The notes under the pieces: generated by a model
Database searches by the model: none
Told to the model about the DNA's origin: nothing
Seen by the model: the letters and a program-made list of their open reading frames with translations, nothing else
DNA from: Octopus sinensis
Taxonomy: Eukaryota
Length of the DNA stretch: 64,000 nucleotides
Assembly: GCF_006345805.1 (NCBI RefSeq)
Contig: NC_042998.1
Coordinates: 102,548,001 to 102,612,000 of the forward strand
Direction: 5' to 3'
Shown: piece after piece, positions 37,481 to 50,348 of the stretch
Layout of the letters: each line of letters starts with the position of its first letter
Position numbering within the stretch: position 1 is the first letter of the stretch
Translations under genes and position numbers: made by a program

Positions 37481-39840
37481 TAATCAACAAGAAATACGCA
37501 TGAATCCAAAGGGGGCACTTCGATTTAAAAGCGTTGAAAAACATCAGTTTCAATTCACTGCCTGCAGCAACATTGTGTACATTATAGATTGTCTTGGAAA
37601 GGAATTTCATTACTATATCCCATCAAACAAATGGTGCACGAAATCGTTCTTAAGAATTCTATAAACAGAATCTGTGGAAGCGTTTAAGTTCATTTTTCTA
37701 ATTTAGAGTTCATTTTCGAACTTTTGGTTCTTAAATTTCATGAACAAGTGTAAGTAGTACCAACTTCTAATGTATGTTCTCTTCAGTTATCCATACGGAA
37801 ATCCAACAAAATTTCAAGCAAATCCTCACACAAAATAAACTAATTTTACCAGCATATTATCGAATAAAAAGAAACTTTTGCTTGTTTTGAGCATCGAAGT
37901 GTAATCATTTTAAAAAATGCACAGGATAATATAAATTAACTCTCCAGACTCACCACTGCGGTTTTCACAGAATTTGCTCATATTACTGAAATTATATGAG
38001 CAAATAACATTCACATTCTGATTCGCAAATATTTATCAGTGAGGTTTTGTAATGAAAATCAGTCATGTACCCACTGTTGTCACGATTAGCAAATTGTGAA
38101 CGAATATATTCTAAAACTTTTTCTCTTCTAGCTTAAATATGCATACATTTATGTCCGACAAATATACTTTTCTTGAATTTAGATATATAGTAAGACGTTC
38201 TTTTTATATTCAGACGTTACTTTGAATAAATAAATTTGGTATTGTACGATATCTCGTGTTTATATATTCATCTGAAAAACTAAGCATTCTTGATTCTTAT
38301 ACTATTTTGAAGTATTCTTTTTTTAACTCCACATGGAGGATTATCTGTCATACCTGCTTTTTTTCTAATTGGAATATCTATTTTTCACATTAAAGCTAGT
38401 GGCGATATAATTCGTTTATTATGTTAAAAAGCTTACAAACAATGTTATTATGTTAAAAGGTTTAAAAGGCTTACAAACAATGTAGCACAGATTCGTTATA
38501 ACTTAGCGTTTAGAAGGTAAGTAATTTAGTGGTGGGCTTTGAAGATAATTAATGCACTAGGATCATGCATGTTAAATATTAGAAATTGAGAAGACTGTTA
38601 TTTCTGCTGCGCCTCCAGTATTATTGGTTGCGAATTTCTCTGTGATAGTGATACGTATAAACTAGTTCATTACACATATTATTGACAAGTATAAGCAGGA
38701 GTATTGGTTTTCTCTAATCTTTTCTGTTGAAGGAGACAAGATATTTAAAATCTATTGGATGATGGGTGACGTTTCTGAGATCTCTATTCACAAAGTGAAT
38801 ATTTCACAAGGAGTGTGTAATTTGATTCTAAAGCAAGTTTCGTGAGCATGAGTATTAAAGAGGAATATACACGTCTGCATATACATGCACGCAAACATGC
38901 ACATACACACACACAACCACGCACACACTCACTTGCTCGCGCACACACACATACAAGCACATGCACTCATCTTTATAATATATTTGGACTGAAACGTTTA
39001 AAGCTAAGCGTAAACACATGCGCTATTTATCCAGAACGGAATTTGCTGTTATTGCCACATCTCCCGAACAACAATACAAATTTTCCTTAATTACGTCACT
39101 GCACTACTTAGTATTTAGCATCTATATTTCTAACATCAATATATACTGGTTTTTAGTTCTCAAACTTCATAAATTTCCTTGCGTTTGATCTGTCTCTACA
39201 CACGTCTGTGGTTGCTTTAGAGCAGGTTCTGAAAATTTTTTACTTTCTTATGAAGAATCCTTGTAATATATGAAAGACTCCAACTTTCTAGTATGTTACT
39301 TGCTCAGCACATTCATGTTTTATTGCATTAGCTTTTCTTTTGAAAGTTTATCAACCTTTTGAAGATTGATGTAACATCATGACGCCACAATATTGACTGT
39401 TGTATTATTTTCTCGTTATGTCGTTATTTTTGAAATATGTAATTTCGAATTAGTAATCTACAACAGGCCCGTTCCTCTCTTTCAGACGTAGTGACTTTAA
39501 AAATTTTAGTATTGTTATGCTCTTTCTCAACAACATATTACATTTAAGTTCGTCATTTTTCCTTTGTGATATATGGAAATTTAGAAAAGTAGAGAGTTAA
39601 ATGATTGTCGTTTTTTCTGTGTAATATTTTGAGAAATGTATGGATAATAAACAAAAGAAAACTTCATTAAACAAGAAGTTCAGAACAAGTCCAGATGATG
39701 TATGCTAAATCCAAATAAACGGTATATAAAAAAAATATACATATTCAAACAAAGAAACAATCCATGGAATACCATGCATATATATATGTATGTATGTATG
39801 TATTTATGTATGTATGTATATCTGTGAGAGGATATATATT

Positions 39841-39877
<37 letters not shown>

Positions 39878-40251
39878 ACATATATACCACGCATGTACAT
39901 GAACACGCACACACATATTCATATTGGGAATCTAAAACGTTTCTAAAACATTGATAAATTGGAATTGACGCATATTTACAACTTTAGAACACTTATACAC
40001 TGTTGGATCTCTTACAACTACTGCAATTTTCCTTCAGCTCTGTTTTGTAGATATGTTTTGATATGCCATATGTATAAAAAAAAACATACTTAAAGGTATT
40101 AACATAGAGTCAATCAGAAACAGTTAACGTTGGGATTAATACAGAAGTCCGGACATGCAAATGAGCAGGTGATGAGTGTAAGGAGATTGTAACGTAACTT
40201 ACTTAGAGATATACGCATCTGGTTTGGTAAGTGATGGCGAATAAATTAGAG

Positions 40252-40328
<77 letters not shown>

Positions 40329-40374
40329 TATATATACAGAAAACAAAGTTTTTTTTATTCCACACAGGTAGGAC

Positions 40375-41212
40375 TATAGGAAGAATAGAAGTTTGAAACT
40401 GCACTGAGAGTAGTTAAAATATGTTTAATTGATGTATTTGAAGCTTTAACCGGTTTCATTATTTACACTGATTTTCAACAAGTTCAAATAGAAAGATGTG
40501 GCTTATGTCGCAACTGTCTTGCTTCTGACTAGAGTTTGAAGTTTGCTCTGTTTTTATAGGGAGTTCATGGCTCAAATTTGTATGTTTTGAATAAGATTTA
40601 ATTGGTAGAGGATAGACACATGACTGGTCTCCGAAATTTTTGTAGGTTCCCTGCTACATCCGTATGTTAGTATCAAGTGACAATGTTTGGTATCGTAAGT
40701 TAAGACTGGCACAATTGACTGAACAATTCCCAACAATCAATGCTCTGAATATCTTCTGTCAAGTCTTTGTAGAGAATGAAGACATGGTTAAGTTTATAAC
40801 CTTTTCTACGTTACCCGTTACGTCCGTGCGTTAATATCACATGACAGAAAACATTCAGAGCATTGGTTGCTTGCAATTGTTCAGCCTTAACTTACTACGT
40901 CAAACATTGTCACATGATAATAGGACACGGTCGTAGCGGTGAACCTACAAAAATTTTTAATACTAATCATACGACTATCCTCTACCGATCAAATCCTATC
41001 CAAAACGTATACTAATTTCAGCCATGAACAGCCTATAATAACAGGGCAAACTTCAAATACTAGTAGAAGCAAGACAGCTGCAACATAACGCACGTCTTTC
41101 TATTTGAACGTTTTGAAAATCAGTGTAATCTGTTAAACCGGTTAAAGTTTCAAATATTTCATAAAAAATATTATTTCAGCTATTCTAAGCGCAAACTTCT
41201 AGTTTTCCTATA
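40375..41212. mobile_element. Large foldback element with ~385-bp imperfect inverted arms
   Basis: TATAGGAAGAATAGAAGTTTG...CTTTAACCGGTTT...GTCTTGCTTCT...GTAGAGGATAG...GTGACAATGTTTG...CAATGCTCTGAAT is mirrored from 41212 inward. Confidence 0.85.
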
Positions 41213-41399
41213 CATACATACATACATACATACATACATACATACATACATACATACATACATACATACATACATACGTGCAAATTTAGATATGTTTCGG
41301 CTATAGATAGGTCCAGGCCATGTCTAACTTAGTAGCACAACCTGATAGGATTTGCTAATTCATTTTTATGTTAAGTTTGTGGTTTCCTAGTTCCATTTG

Positions 41400-42960
41400 A
41401 GTAGGGAGTTATTGTCGAGTGAGCTGTACCCAAGTGGCTTATCTGGTATCCCTTGAAGAAATTTATTCAGATTGCGTTTAAAGGTGATGGGATCATTTTC
41501 CTCTTTGGTCTGTTTTGGGACACTGCTAAATAGGGCAGGGCATGTTAAAGAAAAGAGATTGTGTTGCAGTATATTTATGTATTATGATCCTGAATTCGGT
41601 AGGGGATCTCACCTTGGATGAATTCTGAAACTAATTTTGAGTTCGTTTGGGCAATGCTGGTAGTATATTCCCCACATCATGCAAATGATATATCGCTCAC
41701 AGTGGGGTTGGAGAGAATAGAGTTTCAATTCATTAACGTGGTCTAAATAATCAAGATCGTTCATGCCTTTAAATTTTTTAGTAAATTCCCTCTGGGGTGA
41801 TTCAGTTTTCGAAATGCTTTGTTTTGTGAAGAGAGACCACATAGGGCAGGAGTATTCGAGGTGTGGCTGTACAAAAGCGGAGAAAAGAGGAATGATGACA
41901 CCTTGTTCTCTCGACAGGAGAGGTTCTTATGACCCCGGAGCACATCCTATGAGTTATATCGACCGTATTGTTGATGTGTGCACCCCAGCTAAGATTATTT
42001 TCAACAATTACTCCTAGGTCTCTGATATTAGTTGACGCTGTGAATCGTTCCCCTGAGGGAAGAGAATATGATTGTTTGCATAGTCTTTTTTCCATGATGT
42101 ATCAGTTCAAATTTTCCCTCGTTTACTCACATTTCGTTTTTGTCTACCGATTGACTTACAACATCTAGATCAGACTGGAGTTCAGTTTGGTCTTCTCCGT
42201 TGATAATTTTCTAGAGCTTGGAGTCACCGGCTAATGTGTTCACTTGCTGTGTTTGATAAAGCTTAAAATGTCGTTTAAAAATACTATAAACAGAAGCGGG
42301 CCCAAGACAGCCCCCTGGGGACACCACAGGCGACGTTTGCTCGGCTTGAGTTGATTTCACGGATCTTAAGATGTGTTCTGTTGCCCAGGAAATACTCAAT
42401 CCTGTGTAGTAGTTTCCATGAATTCCAATGTTTGACAATTTTGACAGTAATATACTGTGGTCGACTCTGTCGAATGCTTCACTGACGTCAAGATATATGA
42501 CATCAGAGTTCGAAACTGTCCCTAAGGCTTTAAGGACATTATTGATGTTAGACAATTCCTGTTGCAGCGAAATCCATGCTGGTTTGAATTTAGAAGGTTG
42601 TGGCTCTCCAAGAAACCGGTTATTATTGATCTCACCACCCTTTCAAGCACTTTGATGGTATGGGAAATGAGTGAGATTGGACGAGAGTTGACTGCGCGGG
42701 ATCTGTTCCTATATTTGAAAACCTGGGTGACAGACTGGAATAAGAGTTGTTTCGGTATCAAACCTGAGTCTAAAGAATTTCTCCAGATGTTGGTCAGACT
42801 GACTGCGAATCGGTATCTACATTCCTTCCGGAGCCAATCGATGAATCTATCAGGGCCTGTAGGAAAATAGTATTTGATCTCATTTATTGTTGCTATGATC
42901 TCTGAAGCAGTGGTGGTTATATACGGAATTATATACTGAGATTCGACAATATCAGCACAT
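41400..42960 (-). pseudogene. CR1-like LINE RT fragment (5'-truncated, decayed)
   Basis: PTGPDRF, RPISLISHTIKVLERVV, NSNQHGFR, YLDVSEAFDRVDHSILLSKL, GVPQG-like segment, LAGDSKL (for FADD), DLGVIVENNLSW, LKLYSLQ. Confidence 0.85.
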
Positions 42961-43004
42961 ATGAATGTATGTAGTATGTATGTATGTATGTATATATGTA
43001 TGCA

Positions 43005-43343
43005 TGGCTCAGTGGTTAGAGCGTCGAGCTTACGATCGTGAGGTTGTGAGCTCGAATCCCGGACCGGGCTGCGTGCTTGTGTTCTTGAGCAAGACACTTT
43101 ATTTCACGTTGCTCCAGTTCACTCAGCTGTAGAAATGAGTTGCGACATCACAGGTGCCAAGCTGTATCGACCTTTGTCTTTCCCTTGGATAACACTGGTG
43201 GCGTGGAGAGGGGAGGCCGGTATGCATGGGCGACTACTGGTCTTCCATAAAAAAAAAAAACCTTGCCCAGACTTGTGCGTCAGAGGGTAACTCTCTGGGT
43301 GCAACCCATGGTCACTCATGACCGAAGGGGGTCTTTACCCTTT
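43005..43343 (+). mobile_element. tRNA-derived SINE family 3, well preserved, with Pol III A and B boxes
   Basis: A box TGGCTCAGTGGTTAGA, B-box-like GCTCGAATCCC, core TGTGTTCTTGAGCAAGACACTTTATTT, tail TTTACCCTTTA. Confidence 0.85.
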
Positions 43344-43386
43344 ATGTATGTATGTAGATTTATGTAAGTATGTATATTTATGCATG

Positions 43387-43424
<38 letters not shown>

Positions 43425-43440
43425 TATATATATATATATA

Positions 43441-43575
43441 GCGGTTGGGCAAATGAGACCGATAGAATAAGCACTGGGCTTACAAAGAATTAAGTCGTAA
43501 GGTCGATTTGGTCTACTAAAGGCGGTGCTCCAGCATGCCCACTGTCAAATGACTGAAACAGGCAAAAGAATAAAA

Positions 43576-43578
<3 letters not shown>
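43441..43578 (+). mobile_element. 3' half of SINE family 2
   Basis: GAGACCGATAGAATAAGCACTGGGCTTACAAAGAAT...GGCGGTGCTCCAGCATG...AAAAGAATAAAAGAA. Confidence 0.8.
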
Positions 43579-43622
<44 letters not shown>

Positions 43623-43625
<3 letters not shown>

Positions 43626-46600
43626 ATATAAACGGCAGTTTGTCTGTGCGTGCTTCTGTGTGTCTGTTTTCTCGTACCCTCACCCTGACCACGGCTTTCA
43701 ACCGATTCTGATGAAACTTGACACACACATAGCCCAATGTCATAATTCAAAACTAACGAAGCGAAAATTTTGAAAAGTTCCCCCAGTTCTGAAAAAAATT
43801 GATAAATTCGACATGGGGTCGAGAATCATAAACATGAACCACAGACTGTCTAGGGGACGCAACTCGAGAATCTAAGCTTTTTTTATGCAACGCATTATCT
43901 ATGGTAGTTTTCACAACTTGCAATCGATTTTCACCAAACTCATGGTGAAGCTTAATGTTACCCTAAGAAACTCAATTCTGACGTTAGTTTTCCATGCAAT
44001 ACCTTACCATCAGAAACAATCGATAAAATCATGCCATTTTGGGAAATCGCGTTCAAATTCAAGATGACATATTTTCGACAATATCTTTCACAAATGGCAG
44101 GAATCTTTTTTTTTTTCACAACGAGCATCATGTCTGCTCCAAGGAGCTATATAGCCCTTTTTATTCCAATAGGATACATTATTGGAAAAAATCGGTTAAT
44201 TTAATCATATGTGGCACACATAGCAAACAAATTTGTGTATTAAACACAAACCAGACTGTCTAGGGGACGCAACTTGACCTTTTTAGCTATCGATAATTCG
44301 ATCCAACCAATTCCTACCAGGAAGAAATTACATTCGAGACTTTACCCCCAACACTTCCACTTCTGCTAATAGCTGCTGCAGCCGCAAGTTATTCGAATAC
44401 TTTTTGGGTTTAAACTTTCTTTATAACTACCACCCCAAACGTTTTACCTTCAATTTTTGACGTACCCTAACGGTCCTCGACGCTACTTGCAAACTCTGGT
44501 TTATTTAAACCACTTTTGTCGTGTGCATCAAAAAACTTTTCCTTTCGTTTGTTCAGTTTGATCACTTTTGACTTTTTCGTTGTTGTCACTCACATTGCTG
44601 CCAGCTTTTTGGCCGTTTTTGTACATTTTTATACATTTTCGGATACTTACCCCACGAGCTCCTTTATTACACCTTTACCAAACACATTGCTATCCACCAA
44701 AATACTTACCCCACGTGTTCCTTTTTATTACACCTTTGCCAAACACATTGCTATCCACCAAAATGCCACCCAAGAAGAGAAGGACCCTCCTCAGCCCTCG
44801 GACGGCCAAGGCATCGGCTGCTAGGGCTAGAAGGGCACGCGAGACCCACGAGGAAACCGCCTTGCGCCTCTCGCAAACAGCTTCCCGTTATGCCGCTGCT
44901 CAGGCATCTGAAACTACTAGCGACCGTTCTACCCGACTTGCAAGGGTCGCAGCGTACAGATCTTCCCTCCGCTCGAGGTTGACGAAAGAGCAACAGTCCA
45001 GCCAAAACATGCGGGCTTCTTACTGTGCTTCCATCCGCAGAGCTCGCGAGAACCCCGAACAAAGGGCCATTGGAATGCGGCTAACGCCACTAGCACTGCC
45101 AGGACACGATCTGTCGAAACCTCACAGCAGAGGAGAACTCGCCAAGATGCTGACGCCGCAAACAAAGACATGGCCAAAGCTGCCGAAACACCTCAACAGA
45201 GGAGAGCTCGCCAAGCTGCTAACGCCGCAAACACAGCCAGGGCTCGATCTGCCGCCGAAACTCCACACCAACGGACTATTCGGACATCCAGACATGCATT
45301 AACACTGCTTCTGCTAGGGCTTCAGAGGGTGCTGAGGCGAGAGCTGAAAGGCTTTCAAGGGATGCCACTGCTACCGCTGTCACACGTGCATCTGAATCTG
45401 CTGAGGCACGGTGCACTCGACTTGAGAGTATCAACAAACGTCGGGATATCATTCGTGGTGTACGTACCCCTGCCCCCGCTTTCTGGTTGTCACTAGCATT
45501 CAACTACGACGCCACAATTAACTTCTCCTTGCGTGACGACATCAAGATAGGGTCAATGACAATTGTATGCCAGTTTTGCAAAGCCAAGAAATGGCCCGGA
45601 GAGCCACCTGGTTTGTGCTGCTCTGGTGGCAAAGTGGACCTGCCACCCCTACGGGAACCACCTCAACCACTGAAGGATCTCGCGGCGGGTTTAACCCCCG
45701 ATTCGTCACAATTCCTTGAAAATTCGAAAGTACAACTGCTCATTCCAAATGACCTCTTTCGGGGCCAAAATTCCTCCCAGAGAAGGCTGGATGCCTACTT
45801 TCAAAGTGCAGGGACAGGTCTACCATCTTATTGGGTCACTTCTGCCAGACGAGATTCAGCAGTCTTCTTTCCTCCAAATATACTTCATTGCCGACTACAA
45901 CCACCAGGTTGATGCACGCCTTGGAATAATACCGGGTACAAGCTATGTTCCCCGCAAAGACATTCTTCTCCGTCTCCAAACCATGCTTCATGATATCAAC
46001 AGCTACGTCTGCAGCTTCAGATATGCCTGGGACAGTGCTCCTTCTCCAAACTTCACTGTTGTCATTGATGCTGATAAACGACCCCACGGGGAGCACGAAC
46101 GCCGTTTCAACGCACCTGCGTGCAACGAAATTGCCGCAGTTATACACGGAGAGCAACACAACAGCCGTGACATAATCATCTCCTCCCGTGGTAACAACCT
46201 ACACAGGATCAGCGAGACTCACAGATCTTATGACGCGCTTCAGTATCCATTGCTTTTCCCTTATGGGGAAGACGGCTACCACTTCGGAATTCCTTTACGG
46301 CAGCCCTCCAATCAAACTACTGCGGCATCAAAGACGGTTTCCTGCAGGGCGTTCTACTCATACCGGTTCATGGTCAGGGAGGGTGAGTTCAACTTATTGC
46401 CCCGTTGTCGTCAGCTATTCAACCAGTTCGCCGTCGACATGGCCACAAAAATGGAATCGGAAAGGCTGCTATACATTAAACTTAATCAGACCAAACTTCG
46501 CTCCGACTCCTACATTCATCTCCGTGACGGTTTGCAACAAGAAAATGACCCTCGCAACATCGGCAAGCCATGCATTCTACCCTCCACCTTCACGGGAGGA

Positions 46601-49600
46601 CCGCGATATATGCGTGAAAGGACCCAAGACGCTTGACCTACGTGCGCATTTACGGCCGGCCGGACCTCTTTATCACCTACACGTGCAATCCCAGCTGCGA
46701 CGAAATCACTCGCGAAATCCCTCCGGGTCAATCTCACACCCATCGACACGACATCGTTGCTAGGGTTTTCCGTCTGAATTTGGGCAAAATGAAGGATTTG
46801 ATAGTTAAGGGTCAGATTTTCGGGCATGTCGGGTGCCACATGTTTTCGGTCGAGTGGCAAAAGGGGGCTTGTCACATGCTCACATCTTAATTTTGGCTCA
46901 CTCATAAAATCGAGACTAATGAAATTGACAAATTCATTTCCGCCGAGATTCCTGACCCCGATGAGGACCCCGGACTCTACGAAATTGTCCGCACTACCAT
47001 GGTACACGGGCCCTGTGGACCAAATTACGCCAACACACCATGCTACAAAAACGGATTAGCCTGCTCAAAGGGATTCCCTAAACGGTTCACTTGGAGACTC
47101 AAACAGGCGGCGATGGGTATCCGCTGTACAAACGAAGGAGTCCAGCCAATGGAGGCCGCACGATTACGGTTGGGCGACATCAAGTGGACAACAGCTACAT
47201 TGTCCCCTACTGTCCTCTCCTGTCGAAGATATTCAAAGCCCACGTCAACGTTGAGTTCTGCAGCTCCATCAGGTCAATACAATATGTCTGCAAATATATC
47301 AACAAAGGCAGCGATGCTGCCATGTTCAGCATCCACAGGACCACCAGTCGCGACGAAGTGTCCAACTACTTGGCTGGCCGGTACCTCAGCAGCAACGAAG
47401 CGTTTTGGCGCATTTACGGCTTCCCGCTCCATCAGAGACACCCGGCTGTGGTGCAGCTTGCTGTACACTTGGAAAATGGACAGCGGATTTACTTCACAGA
47501 GCAAAGTGCTGTGCAGATAGCCACCAGCCCTAAAGGCACAACGTTGACTGGTTTCTTCAAATTATGCCAACGTGATGACTTCGCTCGAACGCTTTTGTAC
47601 CCACAGGTCCCATCGTACTTCGTGTGGTCTAAAAATACCTGGGTTCGACGGAAATCCGGCAAAAACGTCGAAAGCTTCCCAGGCGTCAAGTTTGACTCCT
47701 GCCTGGGTCGAGTTTACAACATCCCGCCAAACCAGCAAGAATGCTTCTACCTCCGTCTTCTTCTACACGAGGTCACTGGTCCAACAGGTTTCGCCAATAT
47801 ACGTACCGTCAATGGGGTTCTGTGCGACACCTTCAGGGAAGCATGTATGAGACTTGGCCTTCTAGAGGATGACCCAGTGGGACGCCACGATGGCAGAGGG
47901 TGCTTTACTGCAAACGCATTCGGCCCTACGACATCTTTTCGCAATCCTTCTTCAAAAATGTCAGCTTAGTCATCCACTAAGTCTCTGGATGAAATACAGG
48001 GATGACATGTCGCACGACTTCTTACGTACGGCTCAGCAACACTGCCCTTCCGCCGAGATCACGTTCACCAACTTCATTTACAATTTTGCGCTCATTCAAC
48101 TCGAAGACGCTGTCATCGATATGGGTGGGTCTGCTTTAACAGAGTACGGCCTTCCACCACCCACACGTGAACACGCCAATGTTATGTCTGCTGAATTGTT
48201 ACGCGAAACTTCCTACTGCATTGAGGAACTGCACCAGTACGTCCAAGATAATGAACCACGGCTGCTTCCAGACCAGCGCATAGCCTACAACACCATCGTA
48301 GACTCTGTCAGACAGCAACGTGGGGGGATTTTCTTCCTTGATGCACCCGGCGGCACCGGCAAAACCTTCGTCACTAAACTAATTCTGGCAGAGGTCAGAC
48401 GCAACACGGACATTGCCCTGGCTGTAGCTTCCTCTGGTATCGCGGCCACGTTGCTTCCGGGTGGCAGAACCGCCCACTCTGCCTTCAGACTCCCGCTCGA
48501 TCTGGCAAAGTCCGAGTCACCTATCTGCAACATCGCCAAGAACTCAGAACAGGCCGACATTCTTCGCAGATGCAAAATCATCGTATGGGACGAGTGCACT
48601 ATGGCACACAAAGGCGCCCTTGAGGCACTGGACAGGTCCCTGCAAGACATCAGAGACTCTACGGCCCCCATGGGAGGATTAACTTTACTTCTTTCAGGAG
48701 ACTTCAGGCAGACTCTACCTGTTATTCCAAAAGGAACCCGTGCCGATGCCGTGCGCGCGTGCCTTAAGTCGTCAGCTCTTTGGGCACATGTGCGGCCCTT
48801 GCACCTCCAAACTAACATGCGCGCGCAGTTAATTGGTGACAGCGGATCCGCTGCATTCTCCAGGGACCTCTTATCGCTCGGTGAAAATAGGATGCTGTCT
48901 AATGCGGATGGCTACGTTCAATTGGACTCACTTTGCACCATTGTCGACACCCCTGCTAGCCTCCGGACGCTGTCTTCCACGACCTACAAAACAATTTACG
49001 CGACCTAAAATGGCTGGCAGGCAGAGCTATTCTCGCACCCAAAAATACAACCGTCAACTCCATCAATATCCAGCTACTTGAAGCTATTCCTGGTGATGTC
49101 CACGTCTACAAATCTATAGATAGGACAGCAGACCCCGCCCAGCTTGCCGATTATCCTGTTGAATTCCTGAATTCACTTGAACCGCCAGGCCTGCCACCAC
49201 ACATCCTGAAGTTAAAAGTCGGTGCGCCCATTATGCTCATCAGGAATTTGGTTCCACCTAAACAGTGCAACGGCACACGTTTGGTTGTGAAACACTTGGC
49301 ACCACATTTAATAACGGCCACAATACTTACCGGTTGTGGGAAGGGAGAGGACGTCTTCATTCCACGGATGCACCTTCAACCGTCGGGCGCTGACCTACCA
49401 ATCCACTTCAGGCGTTCTCAGTTTCCTGTTAAACTCTGCTTTGCAATGTCCATCAATAAATCCCAAGGCCAAACGCTACAAGTCGCTGGGTTACATTTGG
49501 GCGAACAGTGCTTCGCCCACGGTCAACTCTACGTGGGCTGTTCACGCGTTGGGAGGCGCAATGATGTTTTCATGTTTTCGCCCAAACGGACAGCTAGGAA

Positions 49601-49749
49601 CATCGTATATACAGAAGTATTCCAGTGAAGACAAGACATTGCAACGTCCACATGCACCTTCGTTCCCTGGAGGGAAAGGACTACATTGGGATTAGTCGTT
49701 GCCTACTAGGGGCTCTTACATACCCGGGCAACGCCGGGCTATGCTGCTA

Positions 49750-49750
<1 letters not shown>
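43623..49750 (+). mobile_element. Full-length Helitron (Helitron1-type, RepHel)
   Basis: 5' TC preceded by A; 3' hairpin CCCGG-GCAACG-CCGGG (49723-49738), then CTAG (49747-49750) followed by T; inserted in (TA)n; Rep and PIF1 helicase inside. Confidence 0.95.
44763..49628 (+). pseudogene. Helitron RepHel transposase (~1620 aa when reconstructed), split by about nine small frameshifts
   Basis: 23-aa repeats; zinc finger CQFCKAKKWPGEPPGLCCSGG; GKPCILPSTFTGGPRYM; GRPDLFITYTCNP; VEWQKRGLxHAH (HUH); MVHGPCG; YVCKYINKG; PIF1 FLDAPGGTGKT, IVWDECTM, GDFRQTLPV, FAMSINKSQGQTL, HGQLYVGCSRV. Confidence 0.95.
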
Positions 49751-49794
<44 letters not shown>

Positions 49795-50348
49795 CGTATA
49801 CACACATATACATAGATACACACATACATGCATACATACGTACATATATACATACATACATACATATAAAACGTCAATATTAAGGAGTGTGGTATTTAAA
49901 TTATATGCACTAGATTAGAATAGATATACTGAGCACTGGAGTACATTCGGTAAAATATTCAGGTTGTGTGCACAGAAAATTTACCCCTGCCTTGTAGCTG
50001 GTGGAAAGCGCACGTTATATTGATCACATAGTTTTTGGTATACTCTATGATGTCCGACGAGTCGTGGATCCATTTTGGGGTATTACAAGGAAATAAATAA
50101 ATAACAAGCGATGGGTAAATGTCAGTTAATTACTGCTATTTCTAACGCATTTTTAATAGATGAATGAGTACATGAAATCATAATAAAAACCGTTTTCATA
50201 TGATACATGTAATTTCAAAACAATAGAAGAACAATCCATGAACGCAGTGGGAAGCACTTATTTGCCTGTCAAAGCTGGCCTTGAATGAGAGAAACAAACA
50301 TAGGCAGTACTGACGATTAAGGGGTGTATGTACATTCTTTTCTACTCT

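Noticed and set aside
43005-43075. tRNA-like sequence (also at 22375, 33225 and 32700)
   Set aside because: There is no complete cloverleaf or acceptor stem and it continues into a repeated body, so these are SINE heads, not tRNA genes.
44516-48818. Long antisense and alternative-frame ORFs inside the Helitron, and the idea of a host PIF1 gene or bacterial contamination
   Set aside because: These are shadows of a GC-rich coding strand; the Rep HUH motifs and TC...hairpin-CTAG termini identify a Helitron joined to host microsatellites.
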